The translations under genes were made by a program, and so were the position numbers. From NCBI GenBank assembly GCA_964614515.1, contig CAZTPJ010000012.1, forward strand, positions 1,691 through 65,690: a stretch of 64,000 nucleotides of DNA, read 5' to 3'. This DNA is from an uncultured Phycisphaeraceae bacterium (GTDB lineage: Bacteria > Planctomycetota > Phycisphaerae > Phycisphaerales > UBA1924). Under the pieces are notes generated by a model. The model saw only the letters and a list, made by a program, of their open reading frames with translations. It searched no databases and was not told where the DNA came from. Shown here piece after piece: positions 46,620 to 54,851 of this stretch (positions are counted from its first letter, which is position 1; each line of letters begins with the position of its first letter).

Positions 46620-47405
46620 ATGCCCACCATCCTCCTCGCCACCGCCAACCCGCACAAGGTCACCGAACTTCGCGCGATCCTCGCACACGCCCCGGCCACG
46701 TTCCTTTCCCTCGCCGACTTGCCCACCCCCACCGCCGAACCCGAAGAAACCGGCGACACCTTCGAAGCCAACGCCACCATCAAAGCCCTGTCATACGCCG
46801 ACCAGACCGGCCACCTCTGCCTCGCCGATGACTCCGGCCTCGAAGTCGATGCGCTCGGCGGCAGGCCGGGCGTCATCAGTTCACATTACTGCACCGACGG
46901 CCGGGATGTCGGCATGACGCGCGAGCAGCGCGACACGGCCAACAACGAACGCCTGCTCCGCGAACTCGCGGGCGTGCCGCTTGAACGCCGCACAGCGCGA
47001 TTCGTGTGCGTGATGGTGCTGGCGATGCCGGCGAGTCGCCTCGGCGCGAGTCAAGGGGACGACTTGGGCGTGCAGGATCCGAAGACACGCGCCTCGGAGA
47101 GGCGAGGTACCCAGGAACCCGCCACGGAGTGGCGAGGTACCCATGAGACACCCGCCACGGAGTGGCGAGCCACCCAGCGGCCGCGCATTCTCGCCATCAC
47201 GCGCGGCGCGTTTGAAGGTCGCATCGGCCTTACCGGAGATGTGCCGCGCGGGCACGGCGGCTTCGGCTATGACCCGCTCCTGCTCGTGCCGCCTGACTAC
47301 ACGCGCACCAGCGCGGAACTCTCGCCAGAAGAAAAGAACACGCGCAGCCACCGCGGCGCCGCCGCCCGCGCCATGGCCGACGCGCTTCGCAACCTCAACA
47401 TCTGA
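46620..47405 (+). CDS. rdgB: non-canonical purine NTP pyrophosphatase (RdgB/HAM1), with an insertion of about 45-50 aa
   Basis: MPTILLATANPHKVTELRAIL...EETGDTFEANA.IKA...ADDSGLEVDALGGRPGV.S...GGFGYDP...EEKN..SHRG. Confidence 0.85.
   Translation: MPTILLATANPHKVTELRAILAHAPATFLSLADLPTPTAEPEETGDTFEANATIKALSYADQTGHLCLADDSGLEVDALGGRPGVISSHYCTDGRDVGMTREQRDTANNERLLRELAGVPLERRTARFVCVMVLAMPASRLGASQGDDLGVQDPKTRASERRGTQEPATEWRGTHETPATEWRATQRPRILAITRGAFEGRIGLTGDVPRGHGGFGYDPLLLVPPDYTRTSAELSPEEKNTRSHRGAAARAMADALRNLNI
47095..47180 (+). repeat. in-frame 33-nt tandem repeat (about 2.5 units) inside rdgB, each unit carrying a CGCCAC-GGA-GTGGCG palindrome
   Basis: cccgccacggagtggcgaggtacccatgagaca (47118-47150) and cccgccacggagtggcgagccacccagcgg (47151-47180), with a partial unit at 47095-47117. 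They translate as PATEWRGTHET / PATEWRATQR. Confidence 0.85.
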
Positions 47406-47514
47406 CGACACCGTGCCCCGACTACGTTCCAGAACGACGTACGTGTGCAGCACTTCCAACTAGACGCACTTGCACCCGGCGGACGCTCTCCCTGCCCGGA
47501 GGGCGCGATCGTTG

Positions 47515-47534
47515 CCAGGGGCTTCAGCCCCTGG
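47515..47534. terminator. hairpin CCAGGGGC-TTCA-GCCCCTGG in the convergent rdgB/rluA gap
   Basis: 8-bp perfect stem. Further CCGCCC-GGA-GGGCGG hairpins are nearby. Confidence 0.45.
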
Positions 47535-47582
47535 TTGGCCTCTTCTTGTAGATTCCCGCCCGGAGGGCGGACGAACGTCCAC

Positions 47583-48206
47583 TCAGAACGGCACAGCACT
47601 CTCAAACTTCACTCGCCCCTCGCCTTGCGGTGATGTGAACTCCAACTCGCTCGCATGGAGCATCAACCTCTCCCCCCCCTTCCCATACAGCACATCCCCC
47701 ACGATCGCGTGCCCCAGCCCCAGCGCTGCATGAACACGAATCTGATGCGTCCGCCCCGTCACCGGCGCAAACCGCACGCGCGTCCGATCCACCTCGCGCG
47801 ACATCACACGCCACCGCGTCGCCGCCTCGCGCCCATGCACCGGATCATGGATCTGATACGGGCGGTTCGTGACATCCGGGCGGATCGGCATGTCGATCAC
47901 CCCCGCATCGCCGTACACGTCGCCCTCCACCAGCGCCACATACGCCTTGTCCACGCGCCGATGCTCAAACTCCGCCGACAGAAACCGCTGCGCCCCTTCA
48001 TCCAGCGCGACCACCATCAGGCCCGATGTCTCCATGTCCAGCCGATGCACAATGATCGGACCCGTCGCCCAGTCGAACATGCCCCGCGCCCGCAACGCCA
48101 CGCAATCCGTCTTCTCCGGCCCCTTTCCCGGCACCGACAGCATCCCCGCGGGCTTCTCCAGCACCGCGAAACGCCGTGACACATGCACCACACGCACATC
48201 TTCCAT
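47583..48206 (-). CDS. RluA-family pseudouridine synthase
   Basis: HRLDMETSGLMVVA (catalytic Asp motif) ... TGRTHQIRVHAA. Confidence 0.85.
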   Translation of the reverse strand: MEDVRVVHVSRRFAVLEKPAGMLSVPGKGPEKTDCVALRARGMFDWATGPIIVHRLDMETSGLMVVALDEGAQRFLSAEFEHRRVDKAYVALVEGDVYGDAGVIDMPIRPDVTNRPYQIHDPVHGREAATRWRVMSREVDRTRVRFAPVTGRTHQIRVHAALGLGHAIVGDVLYGKGGERLMLHASELEFTSPQGEGRVKFESAVPF

Positions 48207-48271
48207 GCCCGCCAGCGTATCGCCCTACCCTTGACCGGTCGCGGCCAGCCCCCGCGCACAAGGAGCCCCAG

Positions 48272-49516
48272 ATGTTCGTTCCAAAGCCCCAACTCAGGGT
48301 CGCCGGTCTTGCTCTCGTCTTCACCGCCATCACCGCCTGCGCCCAGCCGGGCCAGGCCGTGTTGGACTGGCGCACGGCCGAAGCATGGGCACTGTCCAAC
48401 CACGTCAAACTGACCAGTCGCGACCAGTTCCTTCGCGCTGGCGAGGCCTATTTCAGCCCGGACGACGCCTGGATCATCTTCCAGGCCGTGCCCATCCCGC
48501 CCGACGGCGATGAACCCGATCCCTTCTACTCGATGTACGTCGCAAAGGTCATTCGCCACCACGGCCAGATCACCGGCATCGACAGCCCCATTCTCATCAG
48601 CAACCCCGGCACGGCCAACACCTGCGGCTGGTTCCACCCGACGCTGCCGGGAGTGGTTCTCTTCGGCTCGACCATCGGCCCGCCCGCGACCGAGCAGCGC
48701 GCGGGATTCCGCGTCGGCGAACGGCGATACGTCTGGATGTTCCCCGAAGAGACCGAAGTCGTGTCGATGCTCATCTCCGAAATCTTCCGCGAACAGACCG
48801 GCCTGCCCATCACCACGCAGCAGCCCTTTGCGCCGCAACACGGGCCAAGCCCGGCTGCACCCATCTTCACGCGGCCAAAATATGATGCTGAAGCGTCATG
48901 GTCCCCGTGCGGGCGGTTCATCATGTATACGCGCGTCCGAGAGGAGCGCGCCGATGGCCCGCCGGATGCCGACATCTGGCTCTATGACACACGCACACGC
49001 GAGCATCATCCCCTCGTCGTCGCGCAGGGCTATGACGGCGGACCATTCTTCTCGCCCGATGGCACGCACATCTGCTATCGCTCAGACCGCGAACTCAACG
49101 ATCACCTGCAACTGTTCGTCTCGAAACTCAAGTTTGAAGACGGCGTGCCCACGGGTATCGAGAAGGAGTACGCACTGACGGCCAACGAACACGTCAACTG
49201 GGGGCCGTACTGGCACCCTTCCGGCGAGTTCATCGTCTACTCAACGAGCGAGTTCGGCCATTACAACTATGAAGTCTTCGCCATCGAGTCCAGTCCCGCT
49301 CGACTCGCCGCGGGCGCGACGCCCGCTGACCTGCGCCGCGTTCGCATCACCGAAGCAAACGGCGCCGATGTCCTGCCCGTCTTCAGCAACGACGGCCGCA
49401 CACTCATCTGGACCGCCCAGCGCGGCCCCACCGCCCCCGGCGATCAGCGCCCGACGAGCCAGGTCTGGGCGGCGGTGCTTGACGCGGAGGCGGTGATGAA
49501 GCGGCTGGCCAGATGA
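48272..49516 (+). CDS. secreted TolB-like / PD40 beta-propeller protein
   Basis: An AAGGAG RBS precedes the ATG at 48272. Signal peptide present. PD40-type repeats FSPDD, SWSPCGRFIMY, PFFSPDGTHICY, YWHPSGEFIVY and PVFSNDGRTLIW. Confidence 0.65.
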   Translation: MFVPKPQLRVAGLALVFTAITACAQPGQAVLDWRTAEAWALSNHVKLTSRDQFLRAGEAYFSPDDAWIIFQAVPIPPDGDEPDPFYSMYVAKVIRHHGQITGIDSPILISNPGTANTCGWFHPTLPGVVLFGSTIGPPATEQRAGFRVGERRYVWMFPEETEVVSMLISEIFREQTGLPITTQQPFAPQHGPSPAAPIFTRPKYDAEASWSPCGRFIMYTRVREERADGPPDADIWLYDTRTREHHPLVVAQGYDGGPFFSPDGTHICYRSDRELNDHLQLFVSKLKFEDGVPTGIEKEYALTANEHVNWGPYWHPSGEFIVYSTSEFGHYNYEVFAIESSPARLAAGATPADLRRVRITEANGADVLPVFSNDGRTLIWTAQRGPTAPGDQRPTSQVWAAVLDAEAVMKRLAR

Positions 49517-49553
49517 GACGCGGCGGGGCGTAATCTGGTATCGTTAGCATCTC

Positions 49554-50495
49554 ATGCCCACACCACGCCCCATCCATTCCCTCCTCTCCCACCTGATCGA
49601 CTACGCGGGTCTGTTCCCCCCGGCCGCGCTGTCGATGCAGGAGGCGGTGGAGAACTTCGCGCGCTCTCGCGCGGGAGAACACGTCTGGATGCTCGGGCGG
49701 TTCATCTGTCCCGCGTCGCGCCTTGAAGAGTTCAGTCGTCTGGCCGCGCCGCTGATGCCCGGCACGTTCGCCACCAGCGGCTACCGCGAGCACGTCCGCA
49801 TCGGCGAGCCGTGGGGAGTCTCAATCGTCGCCGATGAGCCGATCACCGATTGCCTCGATCAGATCGAGTCCTTCAACGCGCGACACAGCGGTGAAGATGC
49901 GGGCCTGGCCGTCGCCGACGCCATCGAGATCAAACTCGCCGACCCGCGCGATGTCCAGCGGCTGACCAACCTCATCCCCGACAGCATTCAACCCTTTCTT
50001 GAAGTCCCCGCCAGCGCGGACCCGCGCGGGTTCATCGCCGCGATGTCCGGCCAGCAGGTGGCCGCGAAAATCCGCACCGGCGGCGTGACGCCCGAAGCCT
50101 TTCCCCCCCCCACGGCCGTGGCCGGCTTCATCCACGCCTGCGCCGCGGCCGATGTGCCCTTCAAGGCCACGGCCGGGCTGCATCATCCGCTGCGCAGCGA
50201 ACGCCCGCTGACCTATGAACCCAATGCCCCGCGCGGCGTGATGCACGGTTTCCTCAATGTCTTCCTCGCGGCCGGGTTCGCCCGCGCCGAACGCATGAAA
50301 CTCGCCGACACCATCGAGTTGCTCAACGAACAGAAAGCCGACGCTTTCCGCTTCGGGGATGCCCACATCGCATGGAAAGGCCACATCCTCGAAGACGCCA
50401 AGATCCAGCGAGTTCGCGAGACCTTCGCCCTGTCGTTCGGCAGTTGCTCGTTCGATGAACCGGTGGAGGACTTGACGGGGCTGGGGTTGGTGTAG
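49554..50495 (+). CDS. conserved hypothetical protein
   Basis: 313-aa ORF with good coding character. No family recognised (KIRTGG...FKATAGLHHP). Confidence 0.5.
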   Translation: MPTPRPIHSLLSHLIDYAGLFPPAALSMQEAVENFARSRAGEHVWMLGRFICPASRLEEFSRLAAPLMPGTFATSGYREHVRIGEPWGVSIVADEPITDCLDQIESFNARHSGEDAGLAVADAIEIKLADPRDVQRLTNLIPDSIQPFLEVPASADPRGFIAAMSGQQVAAKIRTGGVTPEAFPPPTAVAGFIHACAAADVPFKATAGLHHPLRSERPLTYEPNAPRGVMHGFLNVFLAAGFARAERMKLADTIELLNEQKADAFRFGDAHIAWKGHILEDAKIQRVRETFALSFGSCSFDEPVEDLTGLGLV

Positions 50496-50557
50496 CCGCG
50501 TGGACGAGGTATCGATCATCAATTGCCCCCGCAACTGACCCGATATACCATTTGAGC

Positions 50558-50800
50558 ATGGTCGCCTATGAGCGGTACATCACGGTTGAGAACGCAGGCA
50601 GGCTCACGATTTCCGGCCTTCCGCTGTCCGCCGGTCAGCGCGTGCGAGTCACAATCACTGTGGATGAACAACACCCAAAGGGACAGGATGAAGACCTGCG
50701 ATCGCTCTTGAGGGACACTCAGGCCGTGCCCGCGGCGCAGCGTGTCACGGATGATGAGATCGCCGCGCAGATCACGGCCGCACGTCATGGCTCCGCATGA
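50558..50800 (+). CDS. putative antitoxin
   Basis: Small ORF (VAYERYITVENAGRLTISGLPLSAGQRVRVTI...) whose stop overlaps the ATG of the PIN gene (ATGA). Confidence 0.5.
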   Translation: MVAYERYITVENAGRLTISGLPLSAGQRVRVTITVDEQHPKGQDEDLRSLLRDTQAVPAAQRVTDDEIAAQITAARHGSA

Positions 50801-51225
50801 TTCTGGTCATTGACACGAACATCGTGCTCTCGGCGGCGCTTCGCGACCGCGACCCGGAGGCCGTCATCCTGTTTGCGTGCGAGACGACAGGAGTTCGATG
50901 GGTTGCGTCGCGCGCGATCGTGATGGAGTATCGGGCGGTACTCGCTCGGCCGAAGTTCGGCCTTTCGCCAGACCTGCTGGCGCGGTGGGACGCCGTCTTC
51001 ACTCGACATGTGGAGTTTCACGAACCAACTTCGCCGCAACCGTTCCTGCGCGACAGCAAGGACGCAATGTTCCTGGATTGTGCCCACAGCGTCGCTGCCG
51101 ACTTCCTGATCACCGGCGATCGCGATCTCCGCGACCCGGAAGTCGGCGTGCGCCTCGGCCACACCATCGTCATCTCCGCTTCGCTCTTCAAACGTCTGGT
51201 CTGTGATCGCCACGATCGAACGTAA
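50797..51225 (+). CDS. PIN-domain putative toxin (PIN_3 / TIGR00305-like)
   Basis: MILVIDTNIVLSAAL...DSKDAMFLDCA...ADFLITGDRDL carries the acidic PIN residues in the expected order. Confidence 0.75.
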   Translation: MILVIDTNIVLSAALRDRDPEAVILFACETTGVRWVASRAIVMEYRAVLARPKFGLSPDLLARWDAVFTRHVEFHEPTSPQPFLRDSKDAMFLDCAHSVAADFLITGDRDLRDPEVGVRLGHTIVISASLFKRLVCDRHDRT

Positions 51226-51272
51226 CGACATCGGGCACGAACGACATTCCGCGCTCCTACCCTCCCACAATC

Positions 51273-52655
51273 ATGTCCATCAACGAAACCCACGATCCCA
51301 ACCTCAAGTCCTGGGTCGAATCCGCGAACGATCCGGAGACGGACTTTCCGATTCAGAATCTGCCTTTCGTGGCGTTTCATCGGGACAAGAACGACCACGG
51401 TTTCTACGCGGACACGAGCATCGGTGTCGCAATCGGTGATCGCATCCTGGACCTTGGCCGCGTCTGTTTCGCCCCGGGATTTGAATCCGATCCAAAAGTT
51501 CCTCGCGGGTTCGAGGCCTTCTTCGGCATCGGAGTTTTGGATGCTCTGGCCTGCGAGCCAGGCATGATGCATCACGCGAGATGCTTCGCTTCACGACTTC
51601 TTACCGGCACTGATCCGCGGCTCCGCGATGATCAATCGCTGCAATCCCGTGTTCTGCTATCCACGACGGAAGTTGAGTTCAAACGTTCGTTCACCTTCAA
51701 AAACTACACCGACTTCTACGCCTCCATCCACCACGCCACAACCGTCGGCTCCATGTTCCGTCCTGACAATCCACTCCTGCCCAACTACAAGCACATTCCC
51801 ATCGGCTATCACGGCCGGGCCTCATCCATCATCCCCTCCGGCACGCCCATCGTCCGCCCGCGCGGGCAGCAGGCGCCGCCGGATGACAATCCCACGGCCG
51901 GGCCGACCTTCGGCCCTTGCACCATGCTCGATTATGAACTCGAAGTCGGCGCGATCATCGGCCGATCGAACGGCCTCGGCACGCCGGTCAATATCGACAG
52001 CGCTGAGGACCACATCTTTGGCCTTTGCCTCGTGAACGACTGGTCCGCGCGCGACATCCAAAAGTGGGAATATCAACCCCTCGGCCCGTTTCTCGCCAAG
52101 TCCTTCGCGACGACGATCTCGCCGTATGTCGTGACGATGGAGGCCCTCGCGCCCTTCCGCTGCCCCGCGTACAAACGCCCCGACGGCGACCCACGCCCGC
52201 TTCCATATCTCTTCAGCGAGCGCGATCAGGCCCACGGCGGCTTTGACATCACGCTCGAAGTGCAACTGCGCACGGCCGAGATGGAAAAGCGCGGCATGTC
52301 GCCAGTCACCATCAGCCGATCCAACGCCTTCAAAGACATGTACTGGACGCTCGCGCAGATGGTCACGCATCACACGAGCAACGGCTGCAACCTGCAAACC
52401 GGCGACCTGCTCGCCAGCGGCACGGTCAGCGGCACGCAGCCCGGCACGCGCGGATGCTTGCTTGAGTCAACGTGGCAAGGCCGTGGCGCGGATGGCAAGC
52501 CGCTGCCGCGCAAGCCGATTGAACTTCCCACGGGCGAAAAGCGCATCTTCCTGCAGGATGGCGATGAGGTCATTCTCAAAGGCTGGTGCGAGCGCGACGG
52601 ATTCCGACGCATTGGCTTCGGCGATTGCCGGGGGAAGATTCTTCCGCCGCCGTGA
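51273..52655 (+). CDS. fahA: fumarylacetoacetase
   Basis: SWVESANDPETDFPIQNLPF.AF..., IGYHGRASS, DYELE.G.IIG and NDWSARDIQKWEYQPLGPF. Confidence 0.88.
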   Translation: MSINETHDPNLKSWVESANDPETDFPIQNLPFVAFHRDKNDHGFYADTSIGVAIGDRILDLGRVCFAPGFESDPKVPRGFEAFFGIGVLDALACEPGMMHHARCFASRLLTGTDPRLRDDQSLQSRVLLSTTEVEFKRSFTFKNYTDFYASIHHATTVGSMFRPDNPLLPNYKHIPIGYHGRASSIIPSGTPIVRPRGQQAPPDDNPTAGPTFGPCTMLDYELEVGAIIGRSNGLGTPVNIDSAEDHIFGLCLVNDWSARDIQKWEYQPLGPFLAKSFATTISPYVVTMEALAPFRCPAYKRPDGDPRPLPYLFSERDQAHGGFDITLEVQLRTAEMEKRGMSPVTISRSNAFKDMYWTLAQMVTHHTSNGCNLQTGDLLASGTVSGTQPGTRGCLLESTWQGRGADGKPLPRKPIELPTGEKRIFLQDGDEVILKGWCERDGFRRIGFGDCRGKILPPP

Positions 52656-52739
52656 GAGTCATGAACAACGAGACACGGAGGCATGGAGAAAGCAACAGGA
52701 ATCGCCCTCCAAGTCTCCATGCCTTGCTGAGAATCCGCT

Positions 52740-54326
52740 TCACGCCGACTTCGCCAGCGGCATCTGGCTCGCATACTCGCCCGCATGTCGCGCGACCATC
52801 GCGTCGAACTCGCTGAAGTCCAGTTGCAGGAACGTCACGGCCAGCGCGGGATCAAACTGCGTCCCCGCGCACCGCGCGATCTCCGCCAGCACCTTCTCGC
52901 GCGGCATGGCGGGGCGATACGACCGCGATGAACTCATCGCATCAAACGTGTCCGCCAGCGCCAGCAATCGCCCAAGCAGCGGAATGTCCTCGCCCGCAAG
53001 ACCGCGCGGATACCCGCGCCCATCCCACCGCTCGTGATGCGTCAACACGCCCGGGCGCACGTCCTCCAACTCGCGGATGTCCTTCAAGATCCCATGCCCG
53101 ATCTCCGGATGCTGCTTGATGAACGCGAACTGCTCATCGCTCAGCCGCCCCGGGAACGTCAGCACGGACTCCGGCACGCCGATCTTGCCCACATCATGCA
53201 GCAGCCCCGCGATATGCACCCGCTCCACCTGCTCCGCATCCTGCCCGATCGCCCCCGCAAGCCGCGACGCCAGATGCGCCACGCGCTCCGAATGGCCGCA
53301 CGTGTAGCGGTCCTTCGCGTCGATCGCGGCCGTCATCGCCCGCAGCGAACCAAAGAACAAACTGCGCTGATCGACATACAGCCCCGCGTTATCAAGAAAG
53401 ACGCCGAGCAGGTCCGCCGCAACATCGAAGAGCTGCGTCTCGACGCTGCTGACGCCGCCATAGCCAGGATCATCATTGGCCGCGATCACCGCGCCGATGA
53501 TGACATCATCGCGCACGATCGGGTGACACGCGGCGTCGCGCGCGATGATCCGCCCCGCGCCCGACTCCCCGGCCCGAATCAGAAACGAACTCGGCGAACT
53601 CAGCGACGCGATGGTCTCCCCGGCCGCACGCACAAACTCCCCGCGATCACACCCCGGTTCACCCGCGCACATGGCCACGCCGCGCAGCGGCTCCACCACA
53701 TCCTCACAGTCCGCAAACTGCGCACAGACCCACGTATACCCCGTGATCTCGCGGATCTCCTCGCAGCACAGCGCCACGAAGTCCGCCGGCGAACTGCCCG
53801 TCTTCATCGATCGCGCCAGCGTATACAGCAACCGAATGTACTCATACACCAGCGACAACTCGCGCGTGAACCCCTCGATCGTCATACGGTCCTGCTCTCG
53901 CTGCGCAAGGTCATCAAGCATCCAGCGAAGCATCGCATCGAGCGCGTCAACATGCTGCGCTGCCGCCGACAACGGCAGGCTTCCCGCCGCGTCGATCGCC
54001 TCCACGCCCGCAACATCGCCCAGCAGCACGGCCGTGCGCCCGATCACCGTTCGACGCGCCATATGCGGCGCCACGAGGATGCGTGCGTGCGGTCCGACAT
54101 CGCGTCGCACCCACGCCTTGCCCGCACTGGCCTCGGCGAGCGCTGCTTCCAGCGCTTGCGAGACGATCAGCGCATCGCGCCCCGCCATCACGCGCCCGCC
54201 CGCGTCGCTGATCGCACTCGCCCCCCCCTCGTCCACCGCCCACGCCGCCAGCCCCGCCCGGGCGCAGCGATGCCGGAACTCGCGCACGCTCTCACTCCCC
54301 GCGGAACTGTTAACGCGATCCGTCAC
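52740..54326 (-). CDS. GAF-like sensor plus HD-GYP phosphohydrolase
   Basis: HSERVAHLASRLA...LLHDVGKIGVPESVL...HHERWDGRGYPRGL. Its GTG start overlaps the stop of the upstream receiver gene. Confidence 0.85.
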   Translation of the reverse strand: MTDRVNSSAGSESVREFRHRCARAGLAAWAVDEGGASAISDAGGRVMAGRDALIVSQALEAALAEASAGKAWVRRDVGPHARILVAPHMARRTVIGRTAVLLGDVAGVEAIDAAGSLPLSAAAQHVDALDAMLRWMLDDLAQREQDRMTIEGFTRELSLVYEYIRLLYTLARSMKTGSSPADFVALCCEEIREITGYTWVCAQFADCEDVVEPLRGVAMCAGEPGCDRGEFVRAAGETIASLSSPSSFLIRAGESGAGRIIARDAACHPIVRDDVIIGAVIAANDDPGYGGVSSVETQLFDVAADLLGVFLDNAGLYVDQRSLFFGSLRAMTAAIDAKDRYTCGHSERVAHLASRLAGAIGQDAEQVERVHIAGLLHDVGKIGVPESVLTFPGRLSDEQFAFIKQHPEIGHGILKDIRELEDVRPGVLTHHERWDGRGYPRGLAGEDIPLLGRLLALADTFDAMSSSRSYRPAMPREKVLAEIARCAGTQFDPALAVTFLQLDFSEFDAMVARHAGEYASQMPLAKSA

Positions 54327-54727
54327 GCGGCCAGGTTCCCGGAGGCCCGCGGCGCCTCAGTCGCGAAGAGTTCAGCCACCAGACTCTCCACCTCCCGCGC
54401 ACTGAACGGCTTGGGCAACAGATGTCGAATGTTCGTCCGGGCGATCTCCTCCTTCGACAGCGTGTGCCCCCGCGCCGTGAGCATGATCAGCGGCGTTCCC
54501 GCCACGCGAGCATCCTGACGCATGTTCACCGCGAGATCAAACCCCGACCACACAGGCATCTGCAAGTCCGTGATCACCAGGTCCGGGCGATGCTCCAGCA
54601 CCAACTCAAACGCCTCCTGCCCATCGCCGGCGACGTGAATCCGATAACCCTTCCCTTCCAACTTCAAACGCAGCACATGCGTGATGTGCGCCTCATCATC
54701 CGCCAGCACAATCGTCTTGCAGGACAT
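54323..54727 (-). CDS. single-domain response regulator (receiver)
   Basis: MSCKTIVLADDEAHITHVL...PDLVITDLQMPVWSGFDL...LPKPF. The longer track ORF (to 54931) adds an arginine-rich, non-coding-looking extension. Confidence 0.85.
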   Translation of the reverse strand: MSCKTIVLADDEAHITHVLRLKLEGKGYRIHVAGDGQEAFELVLEHRPDLVITDLQMPVWSGFDLAVNMRQDARVAGTPLIMLTARGHTLSKEEIARTNIRHLLPKPFSAREVESLVAELFATEAPRASGNLAA

Positions 54728-54851
54728 GCCACGCTCCCGGTTGCGCGAGCCGCACCCTCCGAAGACTCGGTCGCGCAACACACTATCGGCACATCCCATC
54801 ACCCGCTTCGCGCAACCCAGACGACGACGCGAACGGCAACCCACACGTTCG

